From assembly GCA_000165425.1 (NCBI GenBank), contig CT868041.1, positions 62,001-126,000 on the forward strand: DNA of 64,000 nucleotides, in the 5' to 3' direction. This DNA comes from Paramecium tetraurelia (lineage: Eukaryota). The notes under the pieces were generated by a model, which saw only the letters and a program-made list of their open reading frames with translations, had not been told where the DNA came from and did no database searches. This document shows, piece after piece, positions 14,049 through 28,700 of the stretch. Every line of letters begins with the position of its first letter. Within the stretch, counting starts at the first letter, position 1. The position numbers were made by a program, and so were the translations under genes.

Positions 14049-17000
14049 TCACACAAAAATTAGACTTAAAATTATTAGGCCTGCGATTATTTCTCCATAA
14101 ATATAAATTTCAACTACAATATTAATATTTTATTTAATTTAGCAGTTTTATTTATATTAATCCCAAAAACACAGTTATACTTATGAACATTATTATTCTT
14201 CTTATATATTTGAACATTCTATTTGACATTTTTTTTTTGCTTCTATCCATTCACATTTATCTATTTATTGACATAATTCTTCTTTATATATAAATTCACA
14301 TGAAATTTAACATTTCTATGATATTAATTTTATGTACCTCATTCATAAATGTGCAATAAATTGGGGGGCATTCTTCTTAAGCTAAATAAGATTCACAGCT
14401 CTTAGAAATGCATTTATCTTTCACAATATCATAACTACAGTATTTAGACTATTGTAGACAATCACAAGAATCAGAAATCTCTTCGCATGATAAACAAACA
14501 GAATCGCTTATTTCAACACAAAATTCAGATCCAATACGAGTTCCAGAACATGATTGCGATTACTGTACACTACTGCATTTATATTAAGTACAAAATTATT
14601 TATTATTATGAACTACCCAATGGCATGGCTTGGATGTGTAATTCCAATTATTACATTGAATTTCTTCAAAATTATCAGAACAATCAATTTATTCCTAACA
14701 AATATTTTCCTGGTAATTCGGTTCACATCCATTTATAAGCACAATTTTCCATTAAATATTCATAGCATTATTTAGCTTAGCATGTCTAATTAAAATTACA
14801 AAACTGCTTATATTCTAAACATTGTTCCTATCCAAAATTTTAACAATTAAATTCTTCACACTTTCCAAAATTCTTATTCTCTTAACAAGGTTTATTATTA
14901 AATTTATATTTAGAACATTCATAGAAAAGGTTAGAGAATATCTTCACAATTTTAGGCTGGTAAACATTGATTAGAATGACTCCAATAACAAAATTGACTT
15001 TAATATAGATTTACCATCACATTAATCATAAAAATAATCCTAACACTTTTTTTGTTTGCACCAGTTAAATTTATGATATTTTATTAATATTGAACAATGC
15101 AATGATTTTATAATTTACATTTGTCAATATCTGTAATTTAAGTGCAATCATAAGTTTCAATAAACTTTCTGCATTTACATCCATCTGCCTAAAGTACACA
15201 ATTTGGTTAATTTAAACACCCTTAATCACTTAGTGATTCATCAGAACAACCTTCATTTTAAGCAACTTAACATCCATATTAAAATTCATAATACTTACAA
15301 GAATCAATAGCATTTTTGCAAATTAATTGATTAGCTATAGGAAATTCTTCACATAAATAATTGTGTTTATTTAAATGCTAACATTTTTAATCATAATAAC
15401 AATTTTCAATTTAAACACATCCAATAATATTTAATCCATTCAATTCACAACTTGTTTAATTCTTATTTGGAATTTCACATTTGAAATTCTATTCATTATA
15501 ATAACAAGCCCCTTCTCTTATAATAGAGCATACTTTTGGATTGACATTTGATGGTATTTAATCACAAGGAAGATAATAAGAATAATCCTCACATTGATAT
15601 TTTTCATCATTTTTTTTGGTCCAAATGCAAGGATAATTTTTAACATGAAGACATGCATATTGATTCAATCCCTCATGATTACATATTATTTAATCTAAGT
15701 CAACGAAATCACATCCATCTTTTATAAATCCACATGGTTAATCTAATTTCAATTATGAACATAAATAAGAGGATAAATTTTTAAATTGACAAGAATTTTA
15801 CTTATTATCAAGAGCAGGTTTTCCAAGTCTACATTTTCTTCTTGTAATATCCCAATAACAATTTTAAAATTTAATATTTAGACAAGCATCTTTATTTAAT
15901 CCTTCCGTAATACATGTTACAGATGAATGATCCTGAATTTGAATGCAGAAATTCATATTTTAATCATATTTTACAATATCTCCATTATTAACTAAACCAC
16001 ATGCATTTTGATTAACTTCTTTCAGATATGAAGGCTAAAAAATAATTACTTCATTATCATCAATAAGTTAACACTAATTATTTTACCATCTACAGAATAC
16101 TCCTTCCCTTATAATTTTTAAACAAGATGTATAGCTAAGTTTTGAATCGCAATCATTTAATACTTATTTATCATAATTATCAAATTTATCAAATTTTACA
16201 CAGCTTCCATAGTTTTATTCTGACTCAGTTCCCTCCAGAGTCTTCTTAACTTTAAATAATTTTACTTCCCAATAACAATCACTTACTTTTTACTATAAAC
16301 ATGAGTTAACATTAATATTATTTAAACAATTATTCTAGGTTTAGTCTTACACAAATGCATTACATTAATTATCTTAAAATATACACATTTACCCTTATTT
16401 TACAATATTCATGCAAGCCCTCTAACTTCCATTCTAAATTGTTATATCTTCACAATTCATTGAGGCTGAACTTCTCATTGAAATTAAACCATCTTTAACA
16501 TCTCTACTTTCAAGATACATGCAATATTGATCTTATTCATTCCAAATGCAAGGTAAAGTAATCATCCTGTTACATTAATTGGGTGATTACAATTAATCAC
16601 AAGATGTAGGTATGATAGAGTTGCATTTATGATTAATTGAATCATAAATGCAAAATTTATCCGTTATAGAAATACAAGCAAGTAAACTTGAGTTCTAGAT
16701 GTCATCGCATATAGAGTCTTAACTAACTGAATAACTCTAACATTGATTATTAATCCACTAACATTGATATAAATATTAATTGAGACAATTTTCTATTGAA
16801 CCTGCCTCTCTACAACATAAACTTTTATTTGGATTAGTACATTTTTAAATTCCATAATTAGGATCATAACAATAATCAATAAATTGGCAATTTAGTTGTT
16901 GAATTGTTTATGTTAAGCATGCTATCCTATTGATTCCTCTTTAACATATTATATCTTCTGTAAAAGGTACAATTTAACAAGATTATGTTTTAAAATCATA

Positions 17001-20000
17001 AATGCATCCCACATCTCGAGGAAATTCACAAAAAGAGTAGTGGTTGATATTTTTGATTTCTAGACATTCCATATATCTTATATCCATTAAATCACGGAAC
17101 AAACATTGATTATCCACATATTAGCAGTACTGTCCTTCCTTTTAAATATTAATACATCCTATCTTGTTAATAGCTGATTCACATGTCAACAAATAATAAT
17201 CAGATACTTAAATCTTCATACATTTATTCAATTAAAAAACACACCCTTCTATTTATACTTGTTAGCATTAAATTATATTTATAGCATCCTCACAAAATTG
17301 AATATTGACCTTGCTAATTTTATAACATTGTCCATTAAAAACACAATTGCTCTAATCTAAAATACAAGCTAGCTTATTATAACCTTTTTATTCAGGATTT
17401 TTCTCAACACATCCAATTTGTTGAATACTCGAAGAATCAAATTTTATGCTTTTGCAACTGTATTGATAAGGATCAAATTCACAAGCAACATCTGTGGTCA
17501 TAGCACATATAGCTCCTGAGTTTATATTTTAAATAGATTCGCAAGGTGTATTTATAAAATCTTTTAAATCAACATTTATGCATTTTTTATTTTTATATTA
17601 GCAGTATTAAAATTGAGTTTTGATACTTATGCATGCGTTTCTGTTTAGATTTTAATCGCAAGTTAAGTAGAACAATTATACACTCTATATTTATATGCAA
17701 GACTCCTTCCAAAAAATAAGAACATCCCTTATAATTGCTTGAGAGTCCTTCATCAATATTTCTTAATTAAATTGCTCACAAGTCATTTTGTTAAAGGAAT
17801 TTATGTTTGATAATGTATAGCTTTAAAAAATCGATTAATCATCAATATTATTGATTTTATCAAACGGCTTATATTCAGCACACAATTTTTTTCTTTTATC
17901 CTACAAGCAAGGAACATCTGAGCTTTAGGAACAAGTATAAGGATTCGTTTATATTGGATTTTAGCAAATTTTAATATCAATTGATTTATCTAGTTGTTGA
18001 CAACCATCAATTTCATTAAATTAACAGTATTGCCCCTTAGTTATAATGGCTAAACATTTGTTTTTATTTATTGAGTCTGTGCAAATTGAATATCCAAATG
18101 AACTTTCACACATCTTTTCGATTTCATTAAATTGGCAAACCAATTCTTATGAATTAAAAATACAAGCTTTCCTATTGAACTAACTGCATGTCAACTATTG
18201 TTTTGACTTTTCCTCTAATAATTCACATTATTTTGTTTTACTATTAAAGCTACATGGATTTTTTTTATCTGCATAACATATTTTTGGATTAGTCAAATAC
18301 TTAAACGATTATAAGGCACAATTAAAATCACTTGTCTCGTTGAATGTAGAACATTAATTATTTTAAAATTTGCATAATACATTATTCTATTGAGTGCATG
18401 CAAATGAATTTAATGTATTCAAGCAAAGATCAATATCTGAAGGGTTAATGTATTAACATTTATTTTCCTTATATTCACAAAACTATTCTACTCTGTTTAA
18501 GCATGTGTATTTGTTTACCAAATTGTGAGCAGTCAGTCAATTTTATTTTTAGGTTATCAAAAACTACACATCTCTTTTAGATGACACTATAAATTAAACC
18601 TATTTAATCATCAAAAACGTAGCAAACTTTTATTGAATAAGGGGCAAACCTAGTTTAAAGAATGTCAAAAACAGAAGTGAATTTGAAGTCTGAGCAAAAG
18701 CCTTGATTAAATTTGCATATTGCATCTTAATTCAAACAAGCTACTTCATTTAAATATGTTTAACAACCTTGATTAGTATTTGAGAAGGAAATGCATTTAT
18801 TATTAATAAAGGCACAAGAATTCTTGGTTTTTGATAGACAAGCGTTTTTGTTTAATCCTTAAGTTTCACAATCATAAAATTAAGGTTCTAAAATTTGTCT
18901 ACATTTGTGGTTGTTACCCAAAATGCAACTTTAATCACCTTCTATTTATGTACAAGTTTAAGCATTCATATGTGACACATCACTTTAGTTTTCTAAAAAT
19001 TAAGTACAATTCATTTGATTATTAGAGAATTAAGCTAATTCACATCTTAATAAATTATCAGACCATACACATGGTGATAATTAGAAATTCAAGCAACCAT
19101 ATTTATTTAATCCATTACATTATTGTGGATTTGATTCAGTTTAACATATTTAAACATTCCATTTACATGATTCAACCATAGACAACATACATGTTGATTT
19201 ATTTTTATAAAGTAAGCACTTCCCTTTCAATGGACTATATTTCTCACATAATTTACTCTCAGGATTAAACCAGCATAAATTCATTTAGTCTCTATTGCAA
19301 CTTTCATAATTTAACTTTGAACACTCTATTTAATCTGTTGTCGAAATAGCTGAAATGGTTTTACAAGTAAATTCATATTTCTTTTAATTGCATTTTAAAG
19401 ATAGAGATTTCTGCCATTAACAATAAATATTTGTGGAAAAAGAGAGGCAAGCTTCTTTATTAAGATTTTCACATTAACTTATATTTTAGGCTATAGGATA
19501 GCATTTTTAATCGATTGAATTATACTACATTGCTAAACCAGTGCATCTTGCACAAGCCTATTAAGATACGGTTAACCCAATTAATTCCTTACAAGTAGAA
19601 TGAGTGGCATCTTCGCATTTATCTGTGAATTTACATGCTTAATCAACTAAGCCACAAGCCTTTTACTTATTAGCTCTGGTAAATGTGTTGACTTCATAAC
19701 ATAAATAATATTTATTTGAACAATCCTAATTTAATTAAGGATACAACATGCTACTCTTTTTTTAACAATATCCTAAAAAAATATAATCGCAACCACATTA
19801 TTCGCATAAAACTTTACTATAACTTTTATCGCAATTACAAGGAATGGGCAAAATATTAGTGCATTTAATGCCATCAAATCTGCATTAATCTATAGCAAGT
19901 GCACATAAAATTGGCTAAGCATTAGATTCACTGATTTCATTACAAGAAAAACTAGATAATTAATTACTAGCGCTTTCACAGGTTTATTGATCTTCTTGGA

Positions 20001-23000
20001 TACTCAAACATGAAGGACCTGGTTATTTTATCAAAGGTCCATTTTAACAAATGGCATTCGAGCTTTAACTTATAAAACAATTATTTGAAATGCTTGCGCA
20101 ATTTGGTATCTTATGTTCATTGTTTTTTAATTAATTACAGCCTCCCTAATTTATATCAAAGAAGCATCCTACTTTATCTAATTACTAACATAGAGCTTAT
20201 GAAAAAGATTAATGACAAACTCTACTGATATTTTTTATTAACATGCACCAAGGAGTAAAGGCATAATTATCCTATTAAGTACAATTATCTGAAAGAATTT
20301 GATCATATGGAGGTTCAAATTGGGTATCACAAAAATTTAATGATGTATCTCTTAAATTTTCTAAAGATACCTAAGCAGCTGTGTTTACTTAATCATTTGA
20401 AAAATCAATATAGGTCTCAACAATTTCAAAAGGATCTTCACTAAAACAAAATTCTTATTAAGAATAAGCACAAATTTAAACTCTACATGTTTCTGAAGGA
20501 TTTTATATTGAGGTAAAGGTATATTCATAAATTGTAAATAAAATTTATTATCTGCAGGAATAGTTTTTTTATGCCCAAGAACTGTTCACAATAATATTTG
20601 GTTTATTCCTTTAATACAAATTTGAATTGGCCTAGAAGACTTCTGTAGGGCAAGTATTCACTTCTTCTACATTTGGACAAGTACTACTTTCTTAGGCTTT
20701 TGATCTCCCAGTCTCAAAATAATCAACTAATAGTTTATAAACCTAACATGTATATTCTTTCCAATAACAATATTTTTCAAATCTACATTTTTAAAAATTT
20801 TCCTTTTCTTGAGAACATTCTTTCTCCTCAAATACTTCTGTTAAATTAGGACTTATAGAAGCACATGAAATTTTGTTATGATGGATTTTATTTTTGGAAT
20901 AGTTGAATAATTATGTGCAAGTCATAGTTTGTTCTACATTGAATGGTTGACATTATAGAGTGCTTTCATTAAAAACACATGCAACTGGTATTTTCATACA
21001 GACTTCAATATTGATCAAATTAGAAGTATTACATTATGACTATTCATCTTCAAAAATCTTGCATAATTGATCATTTTAATCATAAAAGCAAGGAGTACCT
21101 CTTGTTAAATATAAACAAGCATATTAATTCAATTAATATTGATCACAACTAAGATTATTAATAGTTTCATCCATTTTCATACATTTTTTTGTTTCTTTGT
21201 TATAAAAATATCCAGCTCCTGAAATCAATAAACAAGCTTTTTGATTATAAAGATGATTTACATTATTATTTGAATTTTCAAATTCTTAAGATGTTTTTGG
21301 GATAAACACTTAACATTAATATTTAACATCATCCCACATACATGCCTCTTTTACTACTTGTACACATAGAATTTTGTTTAACTAATCACTACATTTGAGT
21401 TCTCCAATTTCTGTTTAATTTTCATAACATTTTAAAGCAGATGTATCCCATCTACAATTTCCATTTGTGTTATTATAACATACTCTGTTATTTGCATTCC
21501 TTGCTGAAACATCGCAACTATCAAATAAGGTTTCTGATTTTATGCAAGTTTTATCCTATTCAGAATATTCGCAAAGTTAACTAGGCCCGCTAATATATTT
21601 GCATACTGAATCGGAGACTAATCCTTTTTGATTAAAGTAATCACAATCAACATCTGAGGGTGCTTAAATACATAAATCTTCATCATAAGAAAAAAAACAG
21701 TTTAATTTTTTACTCTCCATGCAAGTCTTAATATTTAAATTATTATTACAGGTCTAAATTTCGCCTATTTCATCTTAAGATATTGTGGTACATTTTAAAT
21801 TAGCTAAGTCCCATTTACAAAAGTTGTTCCCGGTATATCTAGTGCATAAATTTTTATTTCCATAAGCATCTTCACATTCAGCAAATGGAAATTAAGAAGT
21901 AATAGTCAGTAATTTACATCTTTTTATATTCATATCATAAGAGAAATATTTTTATTTATTATAGATTGTTAACATCGCTTCTATTGCTAAGCAGGAATAT
22001 TCATTTAAAATTATAGGATACTAGGTCAGAATCATTAAATTTTTAATTTTGGAAAATTTAAGATTCAAGCAAGCATCTCCATTATAATAACAAAGTTAAG
22101 AAGTTGACCATTCAATCATATGGCAGGAATTAATATTCATTGATGTACAAGGTAACTTATTATCATTATAGAATTATTTAACCAAATTTGAATCAGAAAT
22201 ATCAACCTGTTAGAGAGTTAATTCTTAGCACTTAAGATCATAGAAATAACAATAATCACCTAAATTTTTACTTGAAAACCTACTACAAGAATTAGCATTT
22301 ATTCCAATTAATTTCTTATCAGTGCAACATTTGGTTGTACATGGTTCATTATAGAGTTTGCAGCTATTTTAAATAAAATCAAAGCTGCAATATTCTGGAG
22401 TTTCTAAATTTATTGATGCACAAACATTTGGATTAACAATTGTTTTTAAATACCCAAATTCTTAGCAATATTTATTATCGACAGAAATTTAAGTGCAAGA
22501 ATTGGTTGTAAAAGACCAAGCACATAATTATCCTTTAGTAATAATTGATGAGCATTCAATTTTTGTTATGAATTTAGTGTTGCATAGTTATGAAGAATTG
22601 TATATTATTTTTATTATTGAAGAATTAGCCTACTGATTATTAGAATTATCATTGATAATATCAATTTCTTATGCTTTAATACATTGTACTTTATCATAAT
22701 AACATTTATCAACAGATAATTCACAACCAAACTTGTTCAATCCCTTTGTATAGCATTTTGTGAATTTTTAAATATTATTAACACATCCTTTTAAATTTTC
22801 AAGATACCTGCATGGTTCATTTTGAAATGAAGCTAAAGCACAAGCCTAATAGTTTGAATACGATAGATGTAAACATGGTACATCTGCTATATCGCTTCTT
22901 TTAGATAAATATACACATTATTCTTGAAACCATCTGCATGGAGTTTATTCAGTAGTGATAGAACCGCACATTACTTTATTAAGCCCGAGAGAAAAAGTAT

Positions 23001-24642
23001 CACATTTGATTGTATTCAATAACTGTTTTATTAATTTATCATCAGAATTTACTAAGATAGATGTGCATTACTGTTTATTTTTATCAAAATAGCATCCTAT
23101 ATTATCATTTTCATAAATTTAGGAGCATGAATTTGGATTAGCATATCCTAAACTTTCACAAGTTGTTAATTACTATACTATAACTACGAATTGACATCCA
23201 TTAACAGTCCATTAACATGTTTCTTTAGAGTTTAAAATACTTACACATCCAAATTAATTAAGAAATGGAGTGTTACATTAATCATTAATTGAACTTTTAA
23301 TGCATACATTATTAATATGGTCATATTTACACAAAACATTTGGTTTTGAAATTGCTTAACAAACATTTCCATTCATTTTTATAGATGAATTTTTTACATA
23401 TAAAGGGCAATCAATATTTTAATTAATAAATAATTCTTAACAATTATTTCCATTCCATAGACAAAATTAAGAATTTGTCTTCAAATTAACACAAGCCTTT
23501 TCATTTAAATCCATATTACATTTATAATATGTAAGATCATCTTAATTTAATTATTAACAAATCCCATTTTAGAAAGAACAATTTTATGATGTTATTTTAA
23601 GGCATGCTTTCTTTGATAATCCAGGAGTATTGCATCCTAATCCATTTATTTCATGCATTTCAATACTTTTACATTTTTTTTATTTTTCATCAAACATACA
23701 AAGATACTATGATGATGCACAAACTAAACAATTGACTTCATTTTTTGTTTAGCATTTAAATTCATTTTATTTATATATTCTACATGATGAATCTATCCAT
23801 TCACATAATAATTATTGTTAATTATGCTTCATTGCAGATATACAAGCATTTTTATTTAATTAATTGCATGAAAAAACTTACTTTGGTTCAATTGATTTGC
23901 ATTGATCATCTAAAAAAACACCTAATTTTATGATAATGTGAAATATTACAATATTAATCCTCTGTTATTATAGAAAGACATGCTTAATCATTTAATCCTG
24001 GTTGATTACAAGTTATCGTTGATAATTGATCTATTCTTACTTCAACACATCTATAATCTCCTTCTAATCCTGAGTTCATGCCTTAATTACAAGATATTTT
24101 ACATAATCCAGATTTAAGTTATTAGCAAGTATACGGAGTGACAGCAATGTCATGATAATCGCATAATAGTGTATTTTTAATTGTACTTTCTTTTAGCAAT
24201 TCACATTTATTATTCCAAGAACATTTTTATTTTTATACACTCATACATGCTAATTTATTAACTCTATCTGAGCAACTTAACTTTTATATTTCATCGAAAT
24301 ATATGGTTTGGCAAATTCCAAAAAATGCACCTATTCTTAATGATGTTTCTTACAATAAATATATTCACCATAGTTGTTTGTCAATTAATTAATGCATGCT
24401 TCCTTATTTAAATATTTTGAACAACCCAAATTTTATTATATAGTCTCTAAGCATTTCCCTAGGTATAGTATATATTAACCTAAAATTGAGATTGATAAAA
24501 TACATTTAAAGGAGCTAGCCTTTGAAACACATTAGGTAGAGGAGTTTGGATAATAATTACAATTATTGTTTGCAGTGATCATTGGTAAATAGCAAATGAC
24601 ATAAAATAACGCTATAAGTTGACCATAAGAAATTTATCTCAT
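14049..24642 (-). CDS. Giant cysteine-repeat surface protein, copy 3 (about 3500 aa), probably GPI-anchored
   Basis: Starts MRQISYGQLIALFYVICYLPMITANNNCNYYPNSS. Ends ...EIYIYGEIIAGLIILSLIFV-TGA. Introns near 24459-24479, 24331-24353 and 23922-23949. Four extra single bases at 14920-15085 relative to copy 4. Confidence 0.88.
14372..16430. repeat. About 2-kb near-identical block shared by copies 3 and 4 (partner about 26050-28130)
   Basis: Direct comparison, with a short diverged island near 14600-14720. Confidence 0.9.
19331..20103. repeat. About 770-bp near-identical block shared by copies 3 and 4 (partner about 31010-31780)
   Basis: 'taatctgttgtcgaaatagctg...gaaatgcttgcgcaat' with few substitutions. 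Confidence 0.9.
20850..21570. repeat. About 720-bp near-identical block shared by copies 3 and 4 (partner about 32550-33270)
   Basis: 'ggacttatagaagcacatgaaatttt...tcctattcagaatattc' occurs at both sites. Confidence 0.9.
23075..24155. repeat. About 1.1-kb near-identical block shared by copies 3 and 4 (partner about 34785-35865), spanning an intron
   Basis: Direct comparison. The 28-nt intron at 23922-23949 differs from 35634-35661 at one base. Confidence 0.9.
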
Positions 24643-24921
24643 AATCAATACCTTTTTTTGATATAAAAATAATTAATGAACTTTATAAATAGAATTCACA
24701 TATCAGTTCATCCTAAAACCAATCATTTAATGTAAAGTTCATTTTAATTTAAATACAGAAATAAGGTTATTTTACTTATTTTTGTAAGTGCCTTTTTTTA
24801 TTAATTTTATATTTTTCTACATAAATATTTTTTAATTATTTTCTAATTAAAATCTGTGTTCCAATCAACTTAAATAAACCTTCAATTAAGAATTAAAATT
24901 TCTATTATTTTCTTAAAAATT

Positions 24922-25690
24922 ATGAGTTTTATAAAGAAAAAAGTAAATATTAATTTTTTATATTTGGAGCAGGGTTTATACGAAAGGTTTTTTAAAGCAA
25001 CTTTAGGAAATTATGTGAGAAGAAAATATTTTCTTATTACTTACCCTGAGTGATATTCCATGAATCCATCTTTTCATTATGCATTAAAAATGCTAATCCT
25101 TTTCTTTAATAAACACCTAAAAACAACTATTTACTTTTGTAATGCAATGCACTTTTCCATAACTATTTAAAATCTTTCGAAGAAGATTTTAATATTTTTT
25201 CAAACATTTGGCAAACGATAATTGTATTTTGATACTATAATCATTGCTAATTAATTTACTTTAAATTATATAGACAATTTATTTATGATAAAAATAATAA
25301 TAAATTTGTTGATTTAGATAACTATTTTAAATTCTTTTTTCGTTTTTGCAACTAATACAAAAATTGTTTTCGAATAAATAGGAAGAACTAATTAATGATA
25401 ATATTTCTACTCCACAAAATTTTGAAATATATTAAAATAATCAAAGTAGGCAAAAAAAAAGATCTATTTTTAGTGGCAAAAACTTTTATTGAGAAGGAAA
25501 GAAAGAAAATAAAAGATTATTCTAAGGTCGACTTAAAACAAAAACGGATCTGTTAGTCTCCAAATACATCTATAAGAATATATAAAACTGGAGCAAATAG
25601 CCCTAAAAAATCTAGTATTGATGAAAAATATCAGCTATTTAATGCCAAATAAACTATATAAATAAATTAAAAATCTTATATAAAATTAAA
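24922..25690 (+). pseudogene. Possible degenerate small gene between copies 3 and 4
   Basis: The spacer is unusually long and has coding-like stretches (…KDLFLVAKTFIEKERKKIKDYSKVDLKQKRICQSPNTS…) interrupted by TGA. No clean gene model. Confidence 0.2.
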
Positions 25691-25718
25691 TCATGCATTG
25701 AACCTTAATTAAGTATTT

Positions 25719-28700
25719 TCATACAAATATTAGGTTTAAAATTATTAGACTGGTAATTATTTCTCCCAAACTCTAAATTTCTCTAATAATTAGATCATCT
25801 TGTTTTTTTTTTTAGCACTTTTATTCATCTTAATCCCAAGAGCATAGATATACTAATAAACATTTTTGTTCTTCTTATATGTATGAACATTATTTTTAGC
25901 ATTAGTTATATTTTTCTACCCATTCACATTATTTTATCTATTGACATTAATCCTCCATTTATAAAAATTCGCAAGATGTTTAGCATTACTATAATTATTA
26001 ATTTTATGTACCTATTTTACAAATGTGCAAAAATTTGAAGGACATTCTTCTTAAGTTAAATAAGATTCACAGCTCTTAGAAATGCATTTATCTTTCACGA
26101 TATCATAACTACAATATTTAGACTATTGTAGACAATCACAAGAATCAGAAATCTCTTCACATGATAAACAAAGTGAATCGCTTATTTCAACACAATATTC
26201 AGATCCAATACGAGTTCCAGAACATGATTGCGATTATTGTAAACTACTGCATTTATATTAAGTACAAATTTATAGGCTATTATTAATTACCCAATGACAT
26301 GGCTTGGAGTTGTAGTATTAACCATTACATTGAACCCTTTCAACAAAGTTAGAACAATCAATTTATTCATAACAAACACTTAACTTTTTATTCCATTCAC
26401 ACCCATTTATAATACAATTTTCCATTAAATAATCAGAGCATTATTTAATTTAGCATGTCTTATTAAAGGTACAGAATTGTTGATATTCTAAACATTGTTC
26501 TTATCCAAAATTTTAACAATTAAATTCTTCACACTTTCCAAAATTCTTATTCTCTTAACAAGGTTTATTATTAAATTTATATTTAGAACATTCATAGAAA
26601 GGTTAGAGAATATCTTCACAATTTTAGGCTGGTAAACATTGATTAGAATGACTCCAATAACAAATTGACTTTAATATAGATTTACCATCACATTAATCAG
26701 AAAAATAATCCTAACACTTTTTTAGTGTGCATAGTTAAATTTATGATATTTGTTAATATTGAACAATGCAATGATTTTATAATTTACATTTGTCAATATC
26801 TGTAATTTAAGTGCAATCATAAGTTTCAATAAACTTTCTGCATTTACATCCATCTGCCTAAAGTACACAATTTGGTTAATTTAAACACCCTTAATCACTT
26901 AGTGATTCATCAGAACAACCTTCATTTTAAGCAACTTAACATCCATATTAAAATTCATAATACTTACAAGAATCAATAGCATTTTTGCAAATGAATTGAT
27001 TAGCTATAGGAAATTCTTCACATAAATAATTGTTTTTATTTAAATGCTAACATTTTTAATCATAATAACAATTTTCAATTTAAACACATCCAATAATATT
27101 TAATCCATTCAATTCACAACTTGTTTAATTCTTATTTGGAATTTCACATTTGAAATTCTATTCATTATAATAACAGGCCCCTTCTCTTATAATAGAGCAT
27201 ACTTTTGAATTGACATTTGATGGTATTTAATCACAAGGAAGATAATAAGAATAATCCTCACATTGATATTTTTCATCATTTTATTTGGTCCAAATGCAAG
27301 GATAATTTTTAACATGAAGGCATGCATATTGATTCAATCCCTCATGATTACATGTTATTTAATCTAAGTCAACGAAATCACATCCATCTTTTATAAATCC
27401 ACATGGTTAATCTAATTTCAATTATGAACATAAATAAGAAGATAAATTTTTAAATTGACAAGAATTTTACTTATTATCAAGAGCAGGTTTTCCAAGTCTA
27501 CATTTTCTTCTTGTAATATCCCAATAACAATTTTAAAATTTAATATTTAGACAAGCATCTTTATTTAATCCTTCCGTAACACATGTTACAGATGAATGAT
27601 CCTGAATTTGAATGCAGAAATTCATATTTTAATCATATTTTACAATATCTCCATTATTAACTAAACCACATGCATTGTGATTAACTTCTTTCAGAGATGA
27701 AGGCTAAAAAATAATTACTTCATTATCATCAATAAGTTAACACTAATTATTTTACCATCTACAGAATACTCCTTCCCTTATAATTTTTAAACAAGATGTA
27801 TAGCTAAGTTTTGAATCGCAATCATTTAATACTTATTTATCATAATTATCAAATTTATCAAATTTTACACAGCTTCCATAGTTTTATTCTGACTCAGTTC
27901 CCTCCAGAGTCTTCTTAACTTTAAATAATTTTACTTCCCAATAACAATCACTTACTTTTTACTATAAACATGAGTTAACATTAATATTATTTAAACAATT
28001 ATTCTAGGTTTAGTCTTACACAAATGCATTACATTAATTATCTTAAAATATACACATTTACCCTTATTTTACAATATTCATGCAAGCCCTCTAACTTCCA
28101 TTCTAAATTGTTATATCTTCACAATTCATTGAGCTTGAACTCATTTGACCAAATTGAGCCTCTTAAATTTCAAGATACATGCAATATTGTTCCATTTCAT
28201 TCCAAATGCAAGGTAAACTAATCATTCTGCTACATTAATTTCTTGATTACATTTCTTCACAAGTTGTGGGTTAGATAGTTTTGCAAATAAATTTTTTTGC
28301 ATCTATTGGGTCTTTTGAAAGATTACAATTTTCGATTTAATTACAAACAGCTACACTTGCATACTCTAAGTCATCACATTCTACTGATGTTGCATTAATT
28401 GAAGAACTTTAGCAAGTATTGTTCTACCACTAACATTTGCAATAACTTTAAAATAAACATGTTTCTATTGAATTTGCTCGTCTGCAAGCTTCATTTTAAG
28501 ACCCACATTACTCATCAATTTAGTTAGGTCCAAAACAATAATCAAGATATGAACAATTTTTTAAATCTTTATTTATTAATTTTAGACAAGCTTTTCGATT
28601 AATACCTTACGAACATGTTAGATTATATAAATCAGATACTTCTTTACAAGATTAATCTTAAAAATCATATGCACATTCCGTATCTTTTGGTTACTGACAA

